DNA from: Cyanidioschyzon merolae
Taxonomy: Eukaryota
DNA length: 64,000 nucleotides
Strand: one strand, 5' to 3'
NCBI GenBank assembly: GCA_000091205.1
Contig: AP006497.2
The notes beneath the pieces were generated by a model. The model saw only the letters and a list, made by a program, of their open reading frames with translations, did not search any database and was not told the origin of the DNA. Positions 41,993 through 51,464 of the stretch are shown in pieces (position 1 is the first letter of the stretch; each line of letters opens with the position of its first letter). The position numbers and the translations under genes are program-made.

Positions 41993-42698
41993 GCTTGGAA
42001 CGATATTCGGGACCGGGTTATTGTTCTTGGTCCCAGTAACGCCAACTCTGATGAAACTGCGGAAACGATCACTACCTGGTACTTGTGCTGCGAGCAGTCG
42101 CCGCGCTGGTGCTGTGCGAGCCCAGGTCGAGCGCTCTTCCCCAGAAGCAGAAGCGGTTCAGTTACCCGATCGTTCGGCGGAAAAGATCCAGAAACATCGC
42201 CTTGGAGCGAAGAAGCATGCCGTTGCGTATTATTTGGTAAAAAGCGAGGGTTCAGGGCCGCGCAAGTTCACCGTTGATGACCTTGCGGCGAGTCCTCTGC
42301 GTTGCACCAGCTGGGACGGCGTGCGTAACTTCCAGGCCCGCAACGTGCTACTATCCATGCAACTTGGAGACTTTGCCCTCTTCTATCACTCAAACTGTAA
42401 GCAAGCGGGGATAGTGGGCATTGTCGAGATCGTCCGGGAAGCCTACGTCGACCAGACCCAATTCGATAGCACGGACTCCGAGGCGTACGACCCCCGTGCG
42501 ACTCCCGACAAACCACGCTGGTATGCGGTGGACGTGAAACTTCAGTTGAAGCTACCGCGACCGATTCCGTTCGAGGAGTTGAAACAGTATGCAACGCCGG
42601 GCGGTCCACTGGACGGTATGCTGCTGTTCTCGCAGGCGCGCTTGAGCGTGCAACCGGTGCGCCCGGAGCATTTTCGATTTATTCTCGGCCTTTTTTGA
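41991..42698 (+). CDS. EVE/PUA-like domain protein, THYN1-like.
   Basis: AVAYYLVKSEGSGPRKFTVDDL...WDGVRNFQARNVLLSMQLGDFALFYHSNCKQAGIVGIVEIVREAYVDQ...DPRATPDKPRWYAVDVKL...LDGMLLFSQARLSVQPV matches the THYN1/EVE pattern (YWLMKSEP, WDGVRNYQARN, GD.AFFYHS, GIVGI, RLSV.PV). The true ATG may be internal. Confidence 0.7.
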   Translation: MLGTIFGTGLLFLVPVTPTLMKLRKRSLPGTCAASSRRAGAVRAQVERSSPEAEAVQLPDRSAEKIQKHRLGAKKHAVAYYLVKSEGSGPRKFTVDDLAASPLRCTSWDGVRNFQARNVLLSMQLGDFALFYHSNCKQAGIVGIVEIVREAYVDQTQFDSTDSEAYDPRATPDKPRWYAVDVKLQLKLPRPIPFEELKQYATPGGPLDGMLLFSQARLSVQPVRPEHFRFILGLF

Positions 42699-42894
42699 CT
42701 CTAGTCAACGAATCGCCTCGAACATAGGAATACAGCGAGGAAGCGCTGTCAAGGAAGTGCGCAGCAGCCCTGGGGAGCGTCTCGGGCGCCGGTTTGCACC
42801 AAACGAGCTTCGCTTGCGCGCTTGCCCGCCGTCGGGTATGCCCACGGAACGTGCGACCTGTTGGGTGTAACCACGAGCACATGCTGCCGATGAC

Positions 42895-43212
42895 AGACGC
42901 TTTCTGCTATTCTAGAGTTGCTTGCTACGAGGCAAGAATATCCAGCTGTGCGTTTTACGACCATATGGGAGTGGCGGCTTTGCAGCAACTGCGGGGAGAC
43001 GTTCCCTTTTTTCCTCCAGTTACTGTGTGACGCAAGCATACCATGCCGTGCTTGCTAAGATCATGCGGGAGCGGCGGCTTTTCCAGCAACTGCCCCTAGA
43101 TGCTTTCCTTTTTCCGAAGTTGCTAGGACGCAAGCACATCATGCCGCTTTTTCTATGATCATGAGTGAGCAGTGGCTTTTTGTAGAGCACGGTATGCACT
43201 CCAGAACCGCAT
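42895..43212. repeat. Tandem repeat of about 100 bp with roughly 3 copies, in the convergent 3' intergenic region.
   Basis: 'catatgggagtggcggctttgcagcaactgcggggagacgttccc...gacgcaagcataccatgccgtgcttgctaagat' is followed by the near-repeat 'catgcgggagcggcggcttttccagcaactgcccctagatgctttcc...gacgcaagcacatcatgccgctttttctatgat' and then a partial third unit. Confidence 0.7.
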
Positions 43213-43555
43213 CAAGACAACCTGTGTCGATGTGATCGCCTCGATGACGCACTCTTGACGCATGGACGCACAATTCAGAGGGTATCCCTGAGAGACACCA
43301 GTGTCAGCTGCTCAAGTCGACGAGCATAGCATGGTGCTCGTCGTTTGCTGTCGCACACGTCACCGCATCAACAAGATTGGTGCAATCCTGCAACCCGGCG
43401 ATGCTGTGTTTAAACAATAGCCGACCGAAGCACCTCCAGGCCGCGAGGTGAACGCATCCATTTGCTCAGCAGACGCGAATCTCGATTCACCATCATCACG
43501 CGCTGGTGAACCGCGCGACCGCATGATCAGGCATTCACGAAAGAAGCTTTAACGA

Positions 43556-44806
43556 TCAGGCGGCCTTTTTCTTGGCTGCGTCTATTTTCTTCTGATCCAT
43601 ATGCTTCGCATACGAATAGATGAGGGTACCACCGACGGCGAGCGCCACACCGAGCCAATTAAGCGGGCGCATGATCGTACCAAATGCGATAACACTGGAT
43701 AATATGATAGCTAAACGCTTCACGACGTTACCAATCGAGAATGTCAATGGCGAAACATCCTCCAGTACGCCATACGATGCTTCGTTGTACAAGTGATAGA
43801 GCAGACTCGCCACTGCGATGTAGCCGAACACAGTGCCAGCGCCGATTCCCGGAATGCGGGACGCGACTTTCGGTAAACCTTCAAAGAGCAACGCCATGGG
43901 CAGCTCCAAGAAGAAGCTTATGATTGTGATCAGACCGTAGGTGTTGAAGGCGGTCAAGCTGGCGTCCTTCTTGGTGTCGCCGAGACTCACCTTGGAGGTT
44001 ACGTTTCGAGCGACAAACGCAAAGTTGCTCGCCATCGCGTTCAGGAAACCAGCCATCGTAAACGTTAACTCGCTGATGGATGAGAGTGCAACCCCAACGA
44101 TAATGGGAATCATGGCAAAGTACACCATGGGCGAGTAGTACTCGTGGAGAAAGAGCGCGGAACCCAGTGCACCGACCACTGGTTCCGCCGACTTCACCGT
44201 GTGCGTGAAGGAAATCGCTACCGACGAGAAAGATAAACAACTTGTCGCATGGCCTATGGTGTGGAAGAGAGACGGCAGAATTAGAGAGCGAATGAGCTTT
44301 CCGTTCACCTGCGGACGCCGGCGCAATCCCAGCAGCCACAGCACACTCACGTAGAGCGCTCCGACGCCAAGTTGTATCGTCGATAGAACCCAAGGATACG
44401 ACCACATATTCAACGTCTTCTTGTTCACGATATTAAAAACGACATTATACAGGTACCACATGAAGAACCAAAAACCGACTTTCAAGCGCTTTCGGCTAAG
44501 GCCAAGAAACACGGGTTTCGTCTGCGCGTCACCCGCGCTTGCCGGCATCGGTGACGACGGCGATGATGCGCTCTCCACCGCACAGCACAGCGCGCGACGT
44601 GAAACACCCACAGAGTGCACTGGAGCGGAGACGGCAGCACCGACTCGGGCCGGTCTCTTGGGGAGCACAACACCCCCGCAGCGAAACGCCGGCGAACCTT
44701 GAGACGCTAACCCAGACGCAGCGTGATGCACACGACTGCGCTGCAGCGTCCCCGTACCTCCGGGATGGACAAAGCTCAAACGCGTAGTGATGCACGCCGC
44801 ACGCAT
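43556..44806 (-). CDS. Plastidic phosphate translocator of the TPT/PPT/GPT family (DMT superfamily). It has a transit-peptide-like N-terminal extension of about 100 aa.
   Basis: KKTLNMWSYPWVLSTIQLGVGALYVSVLWLLGL...LILPSLFHTIGHATSCLSFSSVAISFTHTVKSAEPVV matches the TPT signature, including FTHTIKALEP. The N-terminus is A/R/S/V-rich. The first ATG (MRAAC) is at 44806, since the track start is GTG. Confidence 0.85.
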   Translation of the reverse strand: MRAACITTRLSFVHPGGTGTLQRSRVHHAASGLASQGSPAFRCGGVVLPKRPARVGAAVSAPVHSVGVSRRALCCAVESASSPSSPMPASAGDAQTKPVFLGLSRKRLKVGFWFFMWYLYNVVFNIVNKKTLNMWSYPWVLSTIQLGVGALYVSVLWLLGLRRRPQVNGKLIRSLILPSLFHTIGHATSCLSFSSVAISFTHTVKSAEPVVGALGSALFLHEYYSPMVYFAMIPIIVGVALSSISELTFTMAGFLNAMASNFAFVARNVTSKVSLGDTKKDASLTAFNTYGLITIISFFLELPMALLFEGLPKVASRIPGIGAGTVFGYIAVASLLYHLYNEASYGVLEDVSPLTFSIGNVVKRLAIILSSVIAFGTIMRPLNWLGVALAVGGTLIYSYAKHMDQKKIDAAKKKAA

Positions 44807-45356
44807 GGCTAGCACTGCTTCAGAAACGTACGAACAGACCAGGAGAGATACCCAGGAACAGCAACTTCAGTTTCAAGTACGATCGTTTGCACGGCGTGCG
44901 CAACGACAGGTGCGGCGTCGATGATCGCGCCCTGGGGCGTCTGTGGCGGGCGGGGCGCCTCGCACTGCGCCAGCGCACATCGCGATGCCGCACCTGCACG
45001 CATGGGCCGTACAACATAGTATAAATATGGAAGTATGTAGACGCGTGATGTGTCGCTGGGCGGCGGGTACGCCACAGCCCAGCGCAGCACACAACATATC
45101 TGGTCAGTGCGGCGACACGGGTGCGCGTACGCATTACTCGAAGCGCTCGCGGTGTCGGTATGTTCGATATTCACGAGCGGACGCTGCTCCCGGGAGAGTC
45201 GAGATCTGGGTCGGCCGGGGCGTATCGAGTGCGCCAAAGCCGCCACTGGATGCTCGAGTACGACCACCAGAGGTATCGTATGTGCCGCAGCTTGTACATT
45301 GGCGCACCACCAGAAATTGCAATCCGTACCAGAACCCTGACAAATCCTTGTTGAGT

Positions 45357-46010
45357 CTACCAGCGGCTATTTCTTATCCGCTCTTTCCCTATAGATACCA
45401 GGCATAGTATCCCGTACGTCTCCATCTCATCTTTCCCTATAGATACCAAGCACAGCATCTTGTATATGTCCATCTCATCCTTCCCTATAGATACCAAGCA
45501 TAGTATCCCGAATATGTCCATCTCATCCTTCCCTATAGATACCAGGCATAGTATCCCGTACGTCTCCATCTCATCTTTCCCTATAGATACCAAGCACAGC
45601 ATCATGTATATGTCCATCTCATCCTTCCCTATAGATACCAAGCATAGTATCCCGAATATCTCCATCTCATCCTTCCCTATAGATACCAAGCACAGCATCT
45701 TGTATATGTCCATCCCATCCTTCCCTATAGATACCAAGCACAGCATCATGTATATGTCCATCTCATCCTTCCCTATAGATACCAAGCACAGCATCTTGTA
45801 TATGCCCATCTCATCCTTCCCTATAGATACCAAGCACAGCATCTTGTATATGCCCATCTCATCCTTCCCTATAGATACCAAGCACAGCATCTTGTATATG
45901 TCCATCCCATCCTTCCCTATAGATACCAAGCACAGCATCTTGTATATGCCCATCTCATCCTTCCCTATAGATACCAAGCATAGTATCCCGAATATCTCCA
46001 TCATCGACAT
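45357..46010. repeat. 48-bp minisatellite with about 13.6 imperfect tandem copies.
   Basis: The unit 'tccatctcatccttccctatagataccaagcacagcatcttgtatatg' is repeated. It generates artefactual repeat ORFs on both strands (GKDEMGIYKMLCLVSI and SISSFPIDTKHSILYM). Confidence 0.95.
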
Positions 46011-46141
46011 AGCAGCGTCAGCGCTATGGACACCGTGCCTCCGCTGCGTCGATGGAAACGCGCGGCCGACGGCGCATCGGCCGGAGTACGCACCTCAGAC
46101 GCGTCAACTGAACAGCTCGCTGCTGGCTGCGGTATGCGTTT

Positions 46142-48988
46142 ATGCGCTGCGCTGCGTCGTTTCAGAGACCCGCAGAGAGCTACCATGATCTGCAGCCTAC
46201 GCTGACATTGCGAACGGAGTGCAACCAACGCAGTTCCCCGGTGAAGCGTCTTGAAACGCGTCCAGTTATCATGCGGTTAGGCGTAGGGTCTTGCCGGTTG
46301 TGGCTGGGCGCATTCGTGTACGCACTGCGTCCCGCTCTGCGAAGAGACGGAAACGTTTGGCAGCAGTGGCGCCGGGCACATGCCCTCGTGCCTGCTGTGC
46401 CTCGACGACGCTGGCTGTGTGCGAACGCCCGCCGTTCGGCTGCTAGTACCTGGGACGAGGAAACGGACGTGGTTGGTGACGAGTTCAGCTCCGTGAACCT
46501 GGTACAGGCGAGCGCGGCAAAGATAACCGAAGGCGACGAGTTCACCGCCCAGCGACTGCAGTTGCTGAACGCGCCTGAGCGCGAGAGCGCTGCCGCCACG
46601 CTCGAAAGGTCACCGCCGCCTGGTGTAACCGTCGTGCGCAACCGCGCAAGTGCGTTGCGCGTGATTGATCGGCTTTGGCAACTTCAGAAAGAGTCGGAGC
46701 TTCTTTACGGACGTCGGGCTGCTTCGGTGCCGAGGCGATGGCGTCTCATAACGGAGGGTTGTACCCACTCGAATGGCAACGGTGTGCTCCACGAGGACAA
46801 CACGCTCCAGTGCAAGCGTCTGTATCCACCGACCGCAGCGGACTGGATGGAGCACTCGCAGTGTTATCACGCTTGGGATACGGAAACCATTGGCATTGAT
46901 CCGACAGAGGACTCCCCTGTTGGGAAAGGTCAGGTGATCTGTCTCTCGGCGTTCTGTGGGCCGCGTGTAGACTTTGGGAATGGACCCCGCCTTTGGATCG
47001 ACAATTTTGGCGACGCACAAGGTACGCTGGACTATTTCAAGTCTTATTTCGAAAATGAGGAAATTCCCAAAGTTTGGCATAACTACAGCTTCGACCGAGC
47101 GGTCCTTTATAACCACGGCATCGACTGTCGAGGATTCGGCGGCGATACCATGCACATGAGCCGACTATTGGACGCAGCGAGACTGCGTTACTCTCTGGAG
47201 GCGCTCACGGAAGACTTTCTGCTGCGGAAGAAACGCAGCATGCGGGAGCTGTTCGGTCGGCCTCGTATTTTGAAAAATGGAAAACCAGGCAAGGAGATTA
47301 TCGTACCGTCCACCAGCGAACTCCAGATGGACCCTGAGACCATGTACCACTGGGTGCAGTATAGCACCTATGATGCCGAGGCAACCTGGTATCTGCGCGA
47401 TAAATTTGAGCGTCTGCTTCGTGAACAGGAGATCCTCGGCTCGGAGCGAACCATGTATGACCTTTATACGGAATGTTTCGTTCCTTTTGGTGCGGTCTTA
47501 ACCGATATGGAACGCATCGGCTTCAAGATTGATATTGCGCGACTCCAAGATGCGCAACGTGTAGCCGAAGCCGACCGCCAACGTTACACTGCAATGTTTC
47601 GAGAATGGGCAGCGCGCTACTGTGCTGATGCAATCCACATGAATGCCGAGTCGGAGAATCAAAAGCGCCAATTCTTTTTCGCCCCGGTCCGGAACAAGAA
47701 AACCGATGAATTGTTGCCAGCAGAGCGCACTTTCGAGGTCGAGAACACGGAACAGGTCGTGGAGTCCGCGGGGAAGAAGCCCCGCAAGAAGCGAACCATA
47801 CAAATATCCGGTCTCGGGCTGCCGCCCGTGGCGTTCACTGCAAGCGGTTGGCCGGCTTGCACGGCGGTGGTGCTGCGGAAACTGGCGGGCACGCCGAGCG
47901 CGAGTCCCGCCCAGGGCGGGCTCCTGTATGACTTTCTCACCAAAGAGCGACGGGAGAGCGCGGAGGATGCGCTTGCGGCGTGCAAAGCCGTTGAGGCGCT
48001 ACTTGAGGCTGGTGCAGTCGGCACCCTGCTCGACAGTTTCATCGATCCGCTGCAGAAGATGGTGGATAAGAACCATCGCATTCATGCGTCGCTCAACTTG
48101 AACACGGAAACAGGTCGGTTGTCGTCGCGGCGGCCGAATCTGCAAAATCAACCCGCTCTAGAGAAAGATCGCTATCGTGTTCGGGATGCTTTCACTTGCG
48201 AGGAGGGCAATACGCTGATTGTAGCGGACTATGGCCAACTCGAGCTGCGATTACTTGCGCATATCGCCAACTGCCGCAGCATGATTGAGGCGTTTAAGGC
48301 TGGTGGCGACTTTCATTCGCGCACGGCGAGCAGCATGTACCCGTACATCGCAGAATCCGTTGCCCGCGGCGACGTGCTTCTTGAACCCGAGCCCAATGCC
48401 AACGGACAGGCCACTTCGTCGAAGCCGCTGCTCAAGGATGTATACGCAGGGGAGCGACGTCGGGCCAAAACACTCAATTTTTCAATCGCATACGGGAAAA
48501 CGCCAGCTGGGCTGGCGCGAGACTGGGGCACCAGCCTGAAAGAAGCTCGCGAGACCGTAGATGCTTGGTACCGGGATCGACCCGAGGTTCGTGCCTGGCA
48601 GGAGCGCGCTATTAAGTTCGCGCAAACCCATGGATTCGTGAAAACGCTGCTGGGTCGACGGCGGCCTCTGCCGGAGATCAACTCCCCGAATACGAATGCG
48701 GCTCGCCATGCGGAACGTGCAGCGATTAACACCCCTCTCCAAGGTAGCGCAGCCGATGTTGTTATGAAAGCCATGCTGCTCATTCATAGCAACGCACGTT
48801 TGGCTGAACTTGGCTGGCGAATGATCCTCCAGGTCCACGATGAGATCATCCTCGAGGGGCCCGAAGAAACAGTCGAAGAAGCGGAAGCAATTGTCGTTCG
48901 GCTTATGCGTCAACCGTTCCGTGAACCGCTGCGCGTTGACCTCGCTGTTTCGGTCGCTCACGCGAAGACGTGGTTTCGTGCAAAGTAA
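46142..48988 (+). CDS. Organellar family-A DNA polymerase (Pol I-like, POP-type) with a 3'-5' exonuclease domain.
   Basis: The 3'-5' exo I motif is WDTETIGIDP. Motif A is VADYGQLELRLLAHI, motif B is RRRAKTLNFSIAYGKT and motif C is LQVHDEIILEGP. An N-terminal presequence-like region is present. ATG at 46142. Confidence 0.9.
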   Translation: MRCAASFQRPAESYHDLQPTLTLRTECNQRSSPVKRLETRPVIMRLGVGSCRLWLGAFVYALRPALRRDGNVWQQWRRAHALVPAVPRRRWLCANARRSAASTWDEETDVVGDEFSSVNLVQASAAKITEGDEFTAQRLQLLNAPERESAAATLERSPPPGVTVVRNRASALRVIDRLWQLQKESELLYGRRAASVPRRWRLITEGCTHSNGNGVLHEDNTLQCKRLYPPTAADWMEHSQCYHAWDTETIGIDPTEDSPVGKGQVICLSAFCGPRVDFGNGPRLWIDNFGDAQGTLDYFKSYFENEEIPKVWHNYSFDRAVLYNHGIDCRGFGGDTMHMSRLLDAARLRYSLEALTEDFLLRKKRSMRELFGRPRILKNGKPGKEIIVPSTSELQMDPETMYHWVQYSTYDAEATWYLRDKFERLLREQEILGSERTMYDLYTECFVPFGAVLTDMERIGFKIDIARLQDAQRVAEADRQRYTAMFREWAARYCADAIHMNAESENQKRQFFFAPVRNKKTDELLPAERTFEVENTEQVVESAGKKPRKKRTIQISGLGLPPVAFTASGWPACTAVVLRKLAGTPSASPAQGGLLYDFLTKERRESAEDALAACKAVEALLEAGAVGTLLDSFIDPLQKMVDKNHRIHASLNLNTETGRLSSRRPNLQNQPALEKDRYRVRDAFTCEEGNTLIVADYGQLELRLLAHIANCRSMIEAFKAGGDFHSRTASSMYPYIAESVARGDVLLEPEPNANGQATSSKPLLKDVYAGERRRAKTLNFSIAYGKTPAGLARDWGTSLKEARETVDAWYRDRPEVRAWQERAIKFAQTHGFVKTLLGRRRPLPEINSPNTNAARHAERAAINTPLQGSAADVVMKAMLLIHSNARLAELGWRMILQVHDEIILEGPEETVEEAEAIVVRLMRQPFREPLRVDLAVSVAHAKTWFRAK

Positions 48989-49391
48989 GGGCGAGATTCG
49001 ATGTCAGCGGCATCGGAGAAACGGGCTCATGTGCCGGCTCTGCGAAGCGTCTGCAATCGGGCGAGACTCGGCTAGAGTGCTGCAAGATATCGCAGATACG
49101 GTGCTTCGGGCAAGCCATAGATTGTGTTGCAAGCATTCGAGAAAAAACGGGCTACTTGAACGCAGTCCTTCATCGTTCGGATGTTTGTCGCATCGTGGCT
49201 GGTCTAGGATGATGCTTCACGAGGGACTGCGGTTGAGGTCGCGGACGCTGAGCCCGGTTCCTCAGGTCGATGATCTGCACGCGGTGCGACGATTGCAGTT
49301 ACAACAGCGGTGGTACTGTGCACCATCAAAGAATGGCTCACTGAGCTTTCCGGAGGATCATAAAGGCCAAAAACCCGAAATCTTCCCAAAT

Positions 49392-50762
49392 CTACGAGGA
49401 AGATTTTCTCACAAAGGGATGCTCTAAAAGAGCCGAGGCTGGTAGACGTCGGCGGCAATTGAGTTCGAGCATCTTGCTGAGGAGGTCAAAGGCCTCGTCT
49501 GGAACTTCCGTCTCGGAGGCTGTGTTCGGCCGCCTGCCCACCCGCAGCTGGAGACACAGTTGGCGCAGGTCCACTCCAGGAAAATTGTTCGCGGGAACAA
49601 AAGGGCGTCGACAGGCTTTTGCTGCGGACGCTAGTTTCTGGGTCCCGAATATCTGCTCGAGTTCCAGGAGGGCTTCTTCGTCGCTGCTCGCGCGAAAGAA
49701 CGGATATTGACATGATAGCATGGATAAAAAGATGACGCCCGCGCTCCAGACATCGATGCAGGAATCTTGATCACGATATCGCAGAAGAATTTCGGGTGCA
49801 CGAAATCCGCGAGTTCCCGCCCGCGGTGCCTCTGCCGATTCCATGGTTACTGCCCTACGTCGAGTCCGATCCTCTGTTAAACGAGAGACTTTCCATGCGG
49901 GCGCTCTAGCTGGCGTCGGTGTGAAAACGGGCGCCGTCATCGCAAGTCGCCAGTCATCCAAGCGATCGCGGTCACTGGATACCGTGTCCACTGCATTAGC
50001 TCCTGAGGAAAGTTGCCGGCAAGCGGTTTGCGCCCTGGGATCCCGCCACAAGTTTTGCCCGGAATCGCAGTCGCGGTTTCGCGTTTGCTCGGATTTCTGG
50101 GCGAGGCCAAAGTCAACAAGCACCGCGGCGTCTGGATGCTTGCGATGAAAGAGAAAATTTCCCGGTTTCACATCCCTGTGGATGATCTGATGCCGCTCCA
50201 GAACACTGAGCACGTCCAGAAGCGCGCGCATGTACACGCGCATATCGTCGATGCCCATATCCGCGATCAGGAGACGGAACGGCTCATTAGGGTAGAGCGG
50301 CATCACCATCCAGACTTCATCGTCCCGGCGAAAGATACCCTCAAGGCGCGGAATACCTTTCTCCCCTTGGAGCCCACACAGAAAGCGCACTTCCTGCTGT
50401 ATTCGTCGCGGCTCGTTCGTTTTGTAGAAGCGTTTCACGGCATATGCACGATTTTGAGCGCACGCTTGGTCCAGCACGGCCCTGTACACAGTGCTAAACG
50501 TTCCTGCACCGACGCGTTCGTGCAAAACCAGTGGCGGCCACAAGCTACCGCCTCCACCAACATTTGAAGTATCCGTATATTGGGTCTCGTCAAGGCTTTC
50601 CTGGACGTCTTTCGGAATCGCGCGGGCTGATAATTGGTTTGACGATGTGCGCGCCAACACTTTCCACCTGGCGGAAAGCGCAGCTGCACTCCAGCACAGT
50701 TCCTGATGAGCCAACCCAGATATATACGCTCGTGGTATCGCCGCTGCAGACGTAATATCCAT
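49392..50762 (-). CDS. CDC7: Cdc7-like serine/threonine protein kinase (DDK catalytic subunit).
   Basis: The motifs are GAGTFSTVY (glycine loop), YAVKRFY, IIHRDVKPGNFLFHRKHPDAAVLVDFGLAQ and a long kinase insert, followed by GTRGFRAPEILL. These are characteristic of Cdc7. ATG at 50762. Confidence 0.8.
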   Translation of the reverse strand: MDITSAAAIPRAYISGLAHQELCWSAAALSARWKVLARTSSNQLSARAIPKDVQESLDETQYTDTSNVGGGGSLWPPLVLHERVGAGTFSTVYRAVLDQACAQNRAYAVKRFYKTNEPRRIQQEVRFLCGLQGEKGIPRLEGIFRRDDEVWMVMPLYPNEPFRLLIADMGIDDMRVYMRALLDVLSVLERHQIIHRDVKPGNFLFHRKHPDAAVLVDFGLAQKSEQTRNRDCDSGQNLWRDPRAQTACRQLSSGANAVDTVSSDRDRLDDWRLAMTAPVFTPTPARAPAWKVSRLTEDRTRRRAVTMESAEAPRAGTRGFRAPEILLRYRDQDSCIDVWSAGVIFLSMLSCQYPFFRASSDEEALLELEQIFGTQKLASAAKACRRPFVPANNFPGVDLRQLCLQLRVGRRPNTASETEVPDEAFDLLSKMLELNCRRRLPASALLEHPFVRKSSS

Positions 50763-50892
50763 ACGAGACTACCAACTTGGCCCAGGAAAGGTTCCCAGTT
50801 GCGGATCGCTTCAGTCAGTCCAGAATAAAAGAAAAGTTCAGCACGAGAGAAACGTGCATCCGGGGTGTTACACGGCGGACAATTTTTTGAAA

Positions 50893-50911
50893 GCACGCAC
50901 GCACGCACGCA
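50893..50911. repeat. (GCAC)n microsatellite.
   Basis: The run gcacgcacgcacgcacgcat is read directly from the sequence. Confidence 0.9.
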
Positions 50912-51125
50912 TCGCCCGTAAGGAACGTCGCCGCGCATTGCGATCATGCAGCGCGATGCAGCGTTCGCGCCATCACGCGTTGCCGGGCAATAGGGTGCAC
51001 GATTTGCCTGTCGCGCTCGAGGTGTTTGCTTTGTACTGGATTGTACAGGAGTCCAGTGGCGCGGCTGCCATGGCGCTGCGCTCGACGCGCTCTTCGCTAC
51101 CACGACGTGCACGCGTATCGTTGCA

Positions 51126-51464
51126 TTGAACTGCATGGCGCAGGAAAGTAGCCCGGAGAAGAGGGTATTGATACACCGGTTTGGGTTCTTCAAAATGAAG
51201 CGAACTGATCGCTGGCGCGAGCGGTATGCAGTGCGGAGGAGAGAAGTTTGTCGGTTTCGCGACGATCGCGTATTATTTGCGAGCATGGACATGTCCATCC
51301 ATGCGCAGACTCCGACCATAGAGGATTTTTGCCTGCTGGTGGGAAGTGTTCTTTCTTCTGCGCTTATTTGCAAGGAATTGCGGCTTCGACTTCGATGCGA
51401 ACGTACGCCAAAGGGTATGTTTCGGAACCAGGGTTGGTGTTTGGGTCAGTACGCCCAGAAATAG
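51126..51464 (+). CDS. Possible small PH-domain-like protein. The call is speculative.
   Basis: VLIHRFGFFKMKRTDRWRERYAVRRREVCRFRDD resembles a PH-domain N-terminal strand pattern. The ORF is short and unverified. Confidence 0.2.
   Translation: MNCMAQESSPEKRVLIHRFGFFKMKRTDRWRERYAVRRREVCRFRDDRVLFASMDMSIHAQTPTIEDFCLLVGSVLSSALICKELRLRLRCERTPKGMFRNQGWCLGQYAQK

Noticed and set aside
45357-46010. Possible CRISPR-like array (regular repeats).
   Set aside because: The units are contiguous with no unique spacers, and the unit is 48 bp. The context is eukaryotic nuclear DNA, so it is a minisatellite.
45357-46188. ORFs of 217 aa (minus) and 242 aa (plus) with perfectly repeating 16-aa peptides.
   Set aside because: They are translation artefacts of the 48-bp minisatellite. 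Both strands are open simply because the unit lacks stops.
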